Shown here: positions 27,514-37,500 of the stretch, piece by piece
Layout of the letters: each line of letters starts with the position of its first letter
How positions within the stretch are numbered: the first letter of the stretch is position 1
Origin: a virus
Strand: one strand, 5' to 3'
DNA: 64,000 nucleotides
IMG/VR virus record: IMGVR_UViG_3300035703_000021
Span: 32,001-96,000 of that record
Translations under genes and position numbers: made by a program
Notes under the pieces: generated by a model
Database searches by the model: none
Seen by the model: only the letters and a program-made list of their open reading frames with translations
What the model was told of the DNA's origin: nothing

Positions 27514-30450
27514 ATGGGATTTTTCGACGAACTTCAGCAGCTCAAGGAGCTAAGCTCTCGCACCTCGGAAGCGATGGGAGGGGTGTACTCCGACCCGTTC
27601 AATGAGATCGCCGCGGTTATATCCGTGTCCGATCCCAAGAAGCTCGGTAGGGTCAAGGTCGAGTATCAAGATGGCACGACTAGCGACTGGGTGTACGTGC
27701 TGGGAAGCGGCAAAGGATTGCTTAGTGCCCAGCTCATCGGCTCGTCGTGCCTGATCGGCAAAGCCCACGGCAACTCCGGAGACGCGTTCGTATTAGGGTT
27801 CTTTAACAAGAATCCGAATGTGTCGTCGGGTGGCGCGCCGCTCCAACTCACTTTACTCGACGAGCAAGTAGACTCGTACAGAGCGCCCCAGTCCCCAGGC
27901 AAACGGGGTGACCAGGGCCTGAGATGCAATAAGGGCAATGCTGGTCGCATCTACCTCCTCCAGAACGAGACCAACCACGACGTTGTCGTCTGCATGAGAC
28001 GCAATAACCCACAGGAAGGAGGGGGAGAAGTCTGGAACTGGAAGTCACTAACTGGTGGTAAGTGGATCGAGAAAGGTTTTGATCCTGGAGTCTCCAGCCC
28101 CACCATCACAGACTACTCGGAGAAAAAAGGAATCCCCGAGTGTAGTCAGGCAATGGACGGGGATGTTAGGGACTTTGCGGAGGATAGAAAGTTTAGAACG
28201 TTCCAGATTAAGTGCGGTAAAGACGAGAACGGTACTTATAATTGGAAACCGGTCGGGGCCCCTCCTGTGCAAATTAGGCGAACTTTGCCCCCATGCACGG
28301 AAAGGACTCACGGGATAACTGCGGTGCTTGACGAGGGACTTAACTCCCAACACGTTGTCTGCTTACGGTACCAAGGACAGATGAAGTGGGTCAACGCTGG
28401 AAAGAGGGAGCCTATACAGTTTCATAGGCAGGACCCGCCTATGACAAAAGAGGAGTTTCTGAATAGTAAGAAGCCCGTACCCGCTTTCAAGGAATCCTCG
28501 GGCATGGGTGCCAATGATTACGTAGGCAATTCAGCGGCTCAGGTGCTTCAAGCCGCGGCAAAAGCCATCCCGGCAGCGATTCCGACAACACCTCTCGGAG
28601 CCGCTCTTAAAGCAGCCAACGCGCTCTCCGGGGCGTTCGATGGAGCTAAGTTGCTCAGCGATATCGCCAAGACCGTTATTGTTAATAACGGCACGGTGCC
28701 TGTGGATAGCCTAGTATCCCAGATCTCCTCCGCTCTGAACAGCGGCGGGGTTATCGATGACAGCACATCGGCCGTCCTGAGCACTCTCGGTGGGGTGGGC
28801 GCTGAGCTTCTCAGAGGTACGCAGAATGGTACGGTAGATTCAGCGCTGGAGAATATAGGTCGGCGAGCGCTCAACCAGAGCATCAGAGCCTTGTCTCCCG
28901 AGGCTTCGAGCGTTTACTTTGGGTACATGGCCGGCGGGATCGCTGGGGCGATGGACGCTACTGCGGCTCTAAAGCTTCCGTTCATACCCGAGGAAGTTGC
29001 GAGTATTATAAAACCCGCTCTCAGTATTGGAGCGTCAGTCGTGAGGCTACAGCCCAAGGCCGTGAGCTCGATGGTGAATAGCTCGGTCGGAGCCTCCGGA
29101 TCCCAGTCGCTTAACGACGCGATCGCCACCGTGTCCGGAGTTGCCCTAGCCACTCCGCAGTTAGCCACAGAGATTGTCGGGGCGATGAACTCCGGCGACC
29201 TAGGCAAGGTGGCGCAGTCTCTAGGATCTTTCTCCAACCTGGCCACTATGGCAAAGTTAGGTGGCGATCTATCTAATGTCCCCCAGATGGCATCGACCGC
29301 GCTTGAAGTGGTAGGCTTGGGAAGTGAGTTTATCAAAGCTTTCGAGGGAGGCATCTCGCTGGATGAGATCAGCGGGCTGCTCGGATCAAACCCCATAACA
29401 GGACTGCTTTCAGGCTTGGCTAAAGGCCTGGGGATTGGCGGAAGTGGAGGGGATTGCCCATGTGACCCTAAGTGCAGAAAGACGGAGCATTTTGAAGACT
29501 CAGATGGTAATGCACTTTTAGAAAAATGCGGAAACGTGGTGGCAAACAGCCACAGCTCGTACGCTCCCGAGGGTGATCCTACCGACAACAACAACAACAC
29601 GGTGGCTAAAGTCCTCGACCTGATCCCCACAAAGCTTGGAGAGGAGCTCTGCGTCCCTAACAACTTTGATCTCACTCAACTCATTCAGAATGTTAAACGG
29701 TTGAATGAGATGGCGGATAGGTTAGATAGCGCTAGAAACGCGGACTGGCCCGAACTCTGGACCGAGATGATGTACACCTTCGAGACCATCGAGAAAGCGT
29801 TCAAGCAGGCGGACAATAACATCACCAAAGTCGAGTCGGTGGAGAGGAAACTGATAGACGCGCAGTACAGGCTGATCAACAAACTCATGGTGGGAAATGG
29901 ATCATTTTTCTCAAAAACGCTTCTGAGCATTATAGAGACCTCTAAGGCTATACGAGATACTTATAACTACGTAAAGAGACTCGATAACGCCAAGAATGGA
30001 GGTAGGGTGGGCGTGGTAGCCACCGATAGCCTTCTCAACGTATTCAAAAATATCACCAGAATAGCCGCACTTAACTCCCTATCTAAGAAAGAAGCCAACT
30101 ATATCACGTCAAACTTCATATCCAAAGCGGACAAGGAGTGGAAGTCACTGGAGCCTGGAGGTGGTCTTGTCGATATCACGAGCTTTGTTCTCGGCCTTAT
30201 TCCCATCGACGTACCTCCAGTGTTTGACAAGTGCCTAACAAAAAGGGATAAGAGTAAGGCTCTTAATGACTCCCTATCCGCGAAGATAAACTCACCCACC
30301 CCTCCTCAACCGGAGTCACTATTCGACTCTAAATTGCCCAGTTACTTAACCTCACCGCAGGCTAGGGCCGATAACCCCAGTCTAGGATCCCTCCTCGATC
30401 AGATCACCTACCAACAGAACCGAGCCCAAACCGGCGAGGCGGAATGCTAA
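27514..30450 (+). CDS. gp5/gpV-like spike protein with a long atypical C-terminal extension
   Basis: N-terminal OB-fold motif VISVSDPKKLGRVKV...SDW...FVLG; then three Cys/Trp repeats, an Ala/Gly/Leu-rich region and a coiled coil. Confidence 0.65.
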   Translation: MGFFDELQQLKELSSRTSEAMGGVYSDPFNEIAAVISVSDPKKLGRVKVEYQDGTTSDWVYVLGSGKGLLSAQLIGSSCLIGKAHGNSGDAFVLGFFNKNPNVSSGGAPLQLTLLDEQVDSYRAPQSPGKRGDQGLRCNKGNAGRIYLLQNETNHDVVVCMRRNNPQEGGGEVWNWKSLTGGKWIEKGFDPGVSSPTITDYSEKKGIPECSQAMDGDVRDFAEDRKFRTFQIKCGKDENGTYNWKPVGAPPVQIRRTLPPCTERTHGITAVLDEGLNSQHVVCLRYQGQMKWVNAGKREPIQFHRQDPPMTKEEFLNSKKPVPAFKESSGMGANDYVGNSAAQVLQAAAKAIPAAIPTTPLGAALKAANALSGAFDGAKLLSDIAKTVIVNNGTVPVDSLVSQISSALNSGGVIDDSTSAVLSTLGGVGAELLRGTQNGTVDSALENIGRRALNQSIRALSPEASSVYFGYMAGGIAGAMDATAALKLPFIPEEVASIIKPALSIGASVVRLQPKAVSSMVNSSVGASGSQSLNDAIATVSGVALATPQLATEIVGAMNSGDLGKVAQSLGSFSNLATMAKLGGDLSNVPQMASTALEVVGLGSEFIKAFEGGISLDEISGLLGSNPITGLLSGLAKGLGIGGSGGDCPCDPKCRKTEHFEDSDGNALLEKCGNVVANSHSSYAPEGDPTDNNNNTVAKVLDLIPTKLGEELCVPNNFDLTQLIQNVKRLNEMADRLDSARNADWPELWTEMMYTFETIEKAFKQADNNITKVESVERKLIDAQYRLINKLMVGNGSFFSKTLLSIIETSKAIRDTYNYVKRLDNAKNGGRVGVVATDSLLNVFKNITRIAALNSLSKKEANYITSNFISKADKEWKSLEPGGGLVDITSFVLGLIPIDVPPVFDKCLTKRDKSKALNDSLSAKINSPTPPQPESLFDSKLPSYLTSPQARADNPSLGSLLDQITYQQNRAQTGEAEC

Positions 30451-32063
30451 TGAACAAAAAAGAACTCAAGCAGGAAAAAGAACAAGTCATCGAGATGGAG
30501 AAGAGCATCAAGTCTCTCTCCGCGTCCGACAAGCAGGAGCTTCTCAGGCTTAAGTGCCGCACCGACTTTCTCACCTTCGCGAGGTACATCACCTCCGAGG
30601 TGCCGATCGCGGGCAAATTCACACCATTCAAAGTCCATCACGTCATCGGCGACTTCCTACAGCATATCGGTGACGGCGAGAAGAACTACAAGCAGTCGGC
30701 CATCTCCCTACCTCCACGTACCGGAAAGTCGTTGCTCATCTCCAAAATCTTCCCAGCGTGGCAGATGGGCCGGAGCCCTACAGCGCAGTTTATCATGAGC
30801 TCCTACGCCCTTCAGCTGACGAATGAGAACTCGCGTGCCGTCATCGAGTACATCTCCCACGAGCAGTTTAAGTGGCTCTTTCCGGAGTGCGAGATCGACC
30901 GAGATAAATGTAACCTGAGCGCCATACGCAACAACAACGGCGGGCTGATTAAGATCGCCTCGGCCGGCGGTAGTGTGACGGGTTTTGGTTTTGGAGTGAT
31001 CAGCGACGACGATCTGCCGGGAGTGGGTATTCTGGACGACCTTCTGGCGGACGGTAACTCCGCCACCATCATGGAGACGACCTTTGCCTGGACTCAGGCC
31101 CAGTTCCTCACCCGTGGACTTCCCAACCACGCCATCATCTCCATGGGCACGAGGTTCCACGTCGATGATGTGATCGGCCGGTTGCTTAAGGCCGACCCCG
31201 AGGGCTGGAGAGAGCTTAATGTTCCGGCTCTGTGCGTCGACGAGGACAACGACGTTCTAGAGCGGAAGCTCGGGGAGTCGCATTGGCCCGAGTTCTTCCC
31301 CGTGGAGAACCTGGAAGCGGTTAAGAAATCCATCGGTGACCGGGACTTCAACTCCCTGTACCAGGGCAGGCCGGCTGGTGAGCAGGGCGCCATCTTCAAG
31401 GAGATGTGGTTTGATTACCACGGCAAGAATCTCGGCAAGTACGCGTTCATCTACGCCACGATCGACACGGCGTACAAAGCGGATAGGATGAACGACTACA
31501 CGGCGATATGCATCTGGGGCTACGATAGGGCTCACACCAAGCTCCACCTCATCCACTACATATTGGAGCGGTTAGAGTTTCCTGACCTGGAGAAGATCTT
31601 TCCCAACCTCATCAAGCAGTGGAAGATCAGGTGTATTTACATCGAGGGGCGGGCGCAGGGAGTCCCGCTCATCCAGACTCTGAAGCGCACCGTTAATATC
31701 TCCATCAAAGAACTGGTACCAAACAAAGATAAGGTGCTGCGAGCCAACGCCATCGCTCCCATCATCGAGGACGGCGCGGTGTCCCTCTACGAGAACCTAC
31801 CCAACCTGGCCGACAGGATCTCCGAGCTTACCTCCTTCCCGTTTATCAAGAACGATGACTTTGTCGACGCTTTCGTCTACGGCGTCACAGTTTATAGAGA
31901 TGAGATAATGGGTGGTCGAACTGTTCACGGAGGGGACAGAGGGCGCCTGCCACGTCTAGTCCACGATCCCTTCTTCCAGGGAGGAAGCAGAAGGATCTCG
32001 AGTGATATGGGCCTGGTGGGGGCTAATCGCGGCTACACAGGAAGTACTACAAAGTACCTATAG
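30444..32063 (+). CDS. terL: Terminase large subunit
   Basis: ISLPPRTGKS Walker A, ILDD Walker B, GTRFH, LYQGRP; nuclease IDTA, IEG and DDFVDA. Confidence 0.95.
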   Translation: MLMNKKELKQEKEQVIEMEKSIKSLSASDKQELLRLKCRTDFLTFARYITSEVPIAGKFTPFKVHHVIGDFLQHIGDGEKNYKQSAISLPPRTGKSLLISKIFPAWQMGRSPTAQFIMSSYALQLTNENSRAVIEYISHEQFKWLFPECEIDRDKCNLSAIRNNNGGLIKIASAGGSVTGFGFGVISDDDLPGVGILDDLLADGNSATIMETTFAWTQAQFLTRGLPNHAIISMGTRFHVDDVIGRLLKADPEGWRELNVPALCVDEDNDVLERKLGESHWPEFFPVENLEAVKKSIGDRDFNSLYQGRPAGEQGAIFKEMWFDYHGKNLGKYAFIYATIDTAYKADRMNDYTAICIWGYDRAHTKLHLIHYILERLEFPDLEKIFPNLIKQWKIRCIYIEGRAQGVPLIQTLKRTVNISIKELVPNKDKVLRANAIAPIIEDGAVSLYENLPNLADRISELTSFPFIKNDDFVDAFVYGVTVYRDEIMGGRTVHGGDRGRLPRLVHDPFFQGGSRRISSDMGLVGANRGYTGSTTKYL

Positions 32064-32074
32064 ACGTTACAATA

Positions 32075-32083
32075 TGGTATAAT
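32075..32083 (+). promoter_or_regulatory. Extended -10 promoter of the thioredoxin-sigma operon
   Basis: TGGTATAAT in the intergenic gap. Confidence 0.6.
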
Positions 32084-32119
32084 ACGTAGCGTATTACCCC
32101 TTGCAAGGATACAAAAATT

Positions 32120-32440
32120 ATGACAGATCAACAATTCAGATACAGAGTTGTTTTCTTCCAGCAGCCAGGTTGCGTGGCCTGTAACACGATGAAGCCTGTG
32201 TGGGTCGATGCCGCCAACGAGCTCTCCGAGGAGTACCCGCACTACTCCATCGGGTTCGGCGAGTGGGATGTCACGTCCGATAACTGGGCGTTCTGCGACC
32301 AGATCGAGTGCGATGGCACACCGAATTTCGCTGTGTTCGACGATGAGGCTGAGCTCCTAGGCCTAAATACCGATGGGATTCTGGCGAAGACACAACTCAA
32401 GGACTTCATCATCAGCGCCATAGAAGAAGTTAGAGAATGA
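32120..32440 (+). CDS. Thioredoxin-like protein
   Basis: FFQQPGCVACNTMKP and GTPNF (cis-Pro). Confidence 0.85.
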   Translation: MTDQQFRYRVVFFQQPGCVACNTMKPVWVDAANELSEEYPHYSIGFGEWDVTSDNWAFCDQIECDGTPNFAVFDDEAELLGLNTDGILAKTQLKDFIISAIEEVRE

Positions 32441-33189
32441 CAGCGAACTACACAGCCAAGCCTAGAAGAAGCTCCTGCCGCGAGACGGAACGAGACAAGC
32501 AGATCATCTCGCAGATGTGGAAGGCTAATCAGGTGGCCAGAAAGATCTCCAGTTTTACCGGGTTGCCATACGAGGAGCTTAGGGACGCCGCGCTCGAGTA
32601 CATCGTACGTATCTACGATTCCTGGGACCAGAGTAAGGGCGCCAACTTCTCCACATGGGTGAATAGGTGCTTGCAGTTCCACATGCTGAACTATCTTCGC
32701 GACAACTCCCGCCTCGTGAAGATTCCTCGCTCGTACTCCGATCTCTACCTCAAGATCCGTAAGTACATCATCGAAGACCCGGACATCACGGACGACCAGA
32801 TCGCGGAGAAAGTGCAGGTGTCGGTGAAGAAGATCCGGGCTGTGCGCCAGGCCTTCTCGATGAGCTTCTCGCAGATCACCGAGTACTCCAATGTGATCGA
32901 GCCGGATTACGAGACCGAGCTTACAATGGGCGATCTGATGACCTCCCATAAGGACCTGCTGCATAAGATCACAGACCTCGAGCCGGATGACGAGACTTTT
33001 CTCACGGACTACCTCGTGAAGAAGAGAAGCGTCTCCACCCTGCTTCGTAAGAACCCTCACCTTCGTAACGCGGAAGACATCAGACGCTACTCGGAGCAGC
33101 TTATAGAATTTATCCTATGCGACACTCCGTATCCATCCAAGATCATACCTACACCAAAAGTGGCTTCGAGAAAAAGTGGAGCGAAGTAA
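32437..33189 (+). CDS. Phage RNA polymerase sigma factor (SigF/SigB/FliA-like)
   Basis: Region 2 YEEL...WDQSKGANFSTW...MLNYLRDNSRLVKIPR; region 3 HTH IAEKVQVS; divergent region 4. Confidence 0.9.
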   Translation: MTANYTAKPRRSSCRETERDKQIISQMWKANQVARKISSFTGLPYEELRDAALEYIVRIYDSWDQSKGANFSTWVNRCLQFHMLNYLRDNSRLVKIPRSYSDLYLKIRKYIIEDPDITDDQIAEKVQVSVKKIRAVRQAFSMSFSQITEYSNVIEPDYETELTMGDLMTSHKDLLHKITDLEPDDETFLTDYLVKKRSVSTLLRKNPHLRNAEDIRRYSEQLIEFILCDTPYPSKIIPTPKVASRKSGAK

Positions 33190-33815
33190 CCTCGGCGACG
33201 GAGTGTAACTACTTCGTCAGGGGCGATGACGAGGCATTTCTCAACGCTGTGATCGATCTCGTGCCCAAGTGGAAGACGATCAAGGATCGTGGTCCGGTAC
33301 GTTACAAGATCCGCAATAAGAAGTTCCAGGGCAGGCCTGTGAAAGGGATCGTTATGATCACTTCCAGGTCGAAGAGAGAGGTGTGGCTAGGAAAGGGCCA
33401 GGTGGTGGGAGCGTTATTCCCGCGCACCGTGGAAGTACCCGAGTACAAGCAGAACAAGAAAGACGCTCTTGTGGCCATGAGGCAGATCATAGATCCTCAG
33501 ATCAAGACATTCAGAATGAGTGTACTTCGCCAGCTCAAAAAGAAACCGATGCGGTGCCCCGTGAAAGGTGACTTTATCGAAGCTGCGGAGTTCCACATCG
33601 ACCATAAGTACCCGTTCAAGAACCTTGTAGAGGAGTGGTGCAGGGACGAGAAGGTGGATCTGGAGAGGGTTGATGTGTACTGCAGGGGGACAAAGTGTTA
33701 CTTCAAGGACACCGATCTCGCCGAGAGATGGTTCGACTACCACATGATGAACGCACAGCTTCAGGTACTCAGCGCCAAGGCCAATCTGGAAAAAGGCTCT
33801 AAGTACTTCGGTTAG
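33117..33815 (+). CDS. Hypothetical protein with HNH-like C-terminus
   Basis: CPV...FHIDHKYPF...H...LQVLSAKANL. Confidence 0.5.
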   Translation: MRHSVSIQDHTYTKSGFEKKWSEVTSATECNYFVRGDDEAFLNAVIDLVPKWKTIKDRGPVRYKIRNKKFQGRPVKGIVMITSRSKREVWLGKGQVVGALFPRTVEVPEYKQNKKDALVAMRQIIDPQIKTFRMSVLRQLKKKPMRCPVKGDFIEAAEFHIDHKYPFKNLVEEWCRDEKVDLERVDVYCRGTKCYFKDTDLAERWFDYHMMNAQLQVLSAKANLEKGSKYFG

Positions 33816-34507
33816 CGCTTACGCTTCTTCTTCTTGCTGCTCTTAGGAGCAGATCTGGCGGGAGCAAAACCACCACCCCCGGATCTCTCGGCTATCTCAT
33901 CACCCACACCGGTGAACTTCAGGTTGGCGACTTCGGAGCTCAGATCGACATCATCGAACATCACATTGAATATCTCCAACGCCGCGTCAGCCAGCATATT
34001 CTCCAAGCCCTGAGTTGTCTTTGCCCCAGTCAACCAGGGCTTTCTCCTATCCACGCCCGCCGCGTAGCCCATGGTATTAAGCACCTCGTAGACTCCCTGG
34101 CTCCTACGGTTTACAAGGTGGGCGCCGTAGAGCCTTCCGGTGATGATCCGTACGCCCTCCTCCCTGTACCTTCTCTTGAGGAATTGAATAACCGCGCCGT
34201 CGGGGTTCTGGGCCTCCAGATACCCCTCGAGTTCCTTGATGGCATTCTCAGCGCGCATGACGAGCGCCTCGCCAGGGCGACCTTTGTACTCCACTTCGAC
34301 GTTGGCCTCGCCCAGAGCCCTGATGTACTGCGAGAAGTTATACTCTACCTCCTCGGTGTATTTTTCCGCAACGTGGGCGAGCATGGCTTTCCTCACGCCT
34401 TCCATTTGAGCCTGGAGGATCTGGGATTTGGCGGTCTCCATGATCTGCTTCTTCGAGCTGGAGAGCACCGAGCCCATGATGGCTGAGGCTAGGGCTCGGT
34501 AGATCAT
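33812..34507 (-). CDS. Putative virion morphogenesis (neck/tail-completion-like) protein
   Basis: ITGRL motif, basic C-terminus, coupled to the hub gene; function uncertain. Confidence 0.45.
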   Translation of the reverse strand: MIYRALASAIMGSVLSSSKKQIMETAKSQILQAQMEGVRKAMLAHVAEKYTEEVEYNFSQYIRALGEANVEVEYKGRPGEALVMRAENAIKELEGYLEAQNPDGAVIQFLKRRYREEGVRIITGRLYGAHLVNRRSQGVYEVLNTMGYAAGVDRRKPWLTGAKTTQGLENMLADAALEIFNVMFDDVDLSSEVANLKFTGVGDEIAERSGGGGFAPARSAPKSSKKKKRKR

Positions 34508-37500
34508 GATGGTTTATCGCATTTTATCTGCTTTACGATCTGCTCGGCAAATTGCTGACGTTTTGCTATACCTCCGCTGGCCACCTCGTACTGCCTCCTC
34601 CAGATCTCTGCGGCGGCGGACGCTGACGTAGCGCTGTTCATAGCCTGTACCGTACCTCCGCCTCTTTGCTTGATGTCCTGTACCATAAACTCGAGCTGGC
34701 ACTGCAGGGTGCTGGTCTGCCCACACTTCTGAATTGCCCGTATTTTTCTGGACCCTCCCCACTGCGCGAGTCCGTAGCATTTTTCAGGGACACCTGAGTC
34801 GGTTTTGCAGGTTACGCCTTGGATGGAGGTGTTGTGAACGTTGGGGTTGAAGTTACTCTCCTCTTGTAGATTGCCAAGTGCTCCGGCAAAAGCGTTAGGA
34901 GTGTTCAATCCGGCAGAGTATAGGGCGTTGATAATAGAGTCCTTTGTCCCGTCCCCTGTTTTGCAGTTTGCCTGGGGAAAGGACGTGGAGGTATCGCTTG
35001 GAGACGTGGAGTCACTGCCCTGGCTGAGGAAGGTGCTGAGCGCTTGGGCCTCGGGGCAACGTTCCTCGGTTGAGTCCTTGCCACTCTCGGTTATCCAGTT
35101 CAGTTCGCCTATCGACCGGATGTAGTCGTAGTAGTTGGACGAGATCTTGGCGTCTCCGCTTTTCCGCATGCTCTTCAGGTAATTTTGGAAGGTAGGTACT
35201 GTGGTTTTTATTGTTCCCCAGGCTGTGACTCCCTCGATCTGAACCCTCAGATCCCCCTCACGCCACCTGTACTCGCACTCACTCACGAACCAGTTCTTGA
35301 AGCGATTAGCGATCCAGACGCCCGGATCTCTGCTGGCCGGTCTGCCCTCTTCCACCCACGCGTCGTAGTCGGTGATGAAGGACAGGATAGTGCGGCCCGG
35401 GATGATACGCAGGGCTCTGGGCACTCCTTTGAAGCTCGTCTCGACCATAAGGCCGGAGGTTGTTGGTGAGCCCTGTATGGTCGGGTTATTCTTACCCCCT
35501 CCGGAGGAGGTAGAGAGACCTGCGATGTTTGGCGGAATAGACTTATCCTGTAGGTGCGCGAGGATCATCTCCTTGCCATCGGGACGTTTTATGATTACGG
35601 CGTTCCCGTATCCTCTCCAGTTTTCTTTGGTTTCCACGATCGTCGCCCCTCCAGTAACAGAGACTGGCTGACCGTTTATGTTCTCGCCGCCGGGTCCGGG
35701 TCCGGAGAAGTCTATACCGTAATGCATTCCCCCAGTTCTAGGACCGTAGGGTGAGTAAACGCCCCAAGCGCTGGCCGGTTTGCCCGCGATAAGAACATAC
35801 GGATCAACATCGGCTGCGGTAATAGGTTGCCCCCGGCCTCCGGGTTGAGTAAATGGGCCAAGCTCGGCGTGAAGGTGGGGACCACTGGACTCCCCGGTAG
35901 ATCCTACTCTACCAACATTGATCGAAGACGCCGCGGACGCAGACGCGGAAGAAGCAGCACCAGCAGCAGTAGTTCCAGTCCGAGCCTTTTCGGCGGCGAT
36001 GGCCCGCATTACCGGATCGCCTAATTGAGCATACAACTTCTCTCTCGTGGCTGGGTCAGAGGACCTAGACGCCGTTAACGTGGCGCTGTCCATCCTACCC
36101 AACTCTACGATCGTAACTCCCCTATCACCGGCACCAAGACACCCGGAGTGGTTCTTACCAAATGCTCCATATGAGGAGGCCAGAGTGTCATCTAGAACTC
36201 CGATGTTATTAGCGTACCTACCGCACGGAGGTATGACACCGGAGCTTCCACTCGCTTGGTCCATGTGCAGATCGATGGCTTTACCACCCGCATCAACAAC
36301 TTTTTTACCCTGAGTCCAAAGTGCGTTGGGATTATTAACGTCTGAGATATTTGTTGTTGAAGATGGTATGTTAAACTCTACGTACCCCTGAAGACCGTAC
36401 TTGGATACATTTCTCTGCATCCAAAGCGCTACCTCCCTCACCAGAGCCTTCTCCCCAGCGGCACCGGTCTGACCTGTGGTGATGTCTCCGTGGCCGGGGG
36501 TAATCAGTACCTTATTAGGTTTCTGGGTGTTATTAGCGCTCCAGTCCTTAAGATTCGCTTTCGGGGCTGCGGGTACCACCGCACCGACCGGAGATGTCGT
36601 AGGAGCGTTACTGGTAACAGAGGGAGAAGGAGCGGGTGGTATCTCGGTCTCGGGGAACGCCCAGTCCCATACGATCTTAGGGTTCAAGGTCGTTACCTGG
36701 CCGCTGTGCCCAACAATATAGAACCGGACAAACTCTTTCTTCTCGGAGGTGGATGTACCGATCTCCTGATTGATCTCGACTTTGTCCTTAGCCTTCACCT
36801 TCACCGTGGTGAGACCTGTGGACTCCTGGAGGATGGGTCTGTAGAAGCACTTCTTACTCCCCTCCTTCTCGCAGATATGCAGGGAGAAGTTGGTCTTGAT
36901 GAGAATGCGACCGTCGGCCTGGCTTGCCTCCTGTACATCACCGCTCAGAAACGAGATGGAAGTGGTGCCGTTGGGAGCAACACCGAACAGATTCAGGCCA
37001 TCCTTACTTATCTTTGTGGCCTCCTCGTTGATGACTTGGATGCCCTTGGTGTTGGCGGACGCGGACTGCTGGTCACGCCACACGTACCCGGTGGCCGTAG
37101 GCGCCCCTTTAACGTTCTTTGGTACCTTCTCGAAGAGCCCTGGAAAGTTGACCTTCTTGACCTTCTCCATCGCCTTCTTTCTCTTTTGGGGTGCTACGTC
37201 GCCGATGAAGTAGGTACTAGCCTTGAAGGCCTCGGAGACGTACGGGTCTTTATTATTTATCCTGGAGGCCATCCCGGCGTTGAGGGCCAGGGCCGTAAGC
37301 TCCGGCTGACCGGAGATCTCGTAGCCTTCGTAGAGTCCCTTGCCGAGGTAGAACACTGAGCACCCTTGGTCCACTTCGCCACGGGTGCACATCGAGATCT
37401 TGTTAGCGTACTCGCGGATGGGCAGGGAGAGCGAATTGCCGTTGACGGAGTCAAGGACTTTTTTGATAGCTTCGCCGGTAGTTATACCCGTGTAACGCAC

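Noticed and set aside
9793-32063. Inteins or group I introns in nrdA, nrdB or terL
   Set aside because: Frames are continuous, lengths are normal, and no C...HN intein ends or LAGLIDADG blocks were seen.
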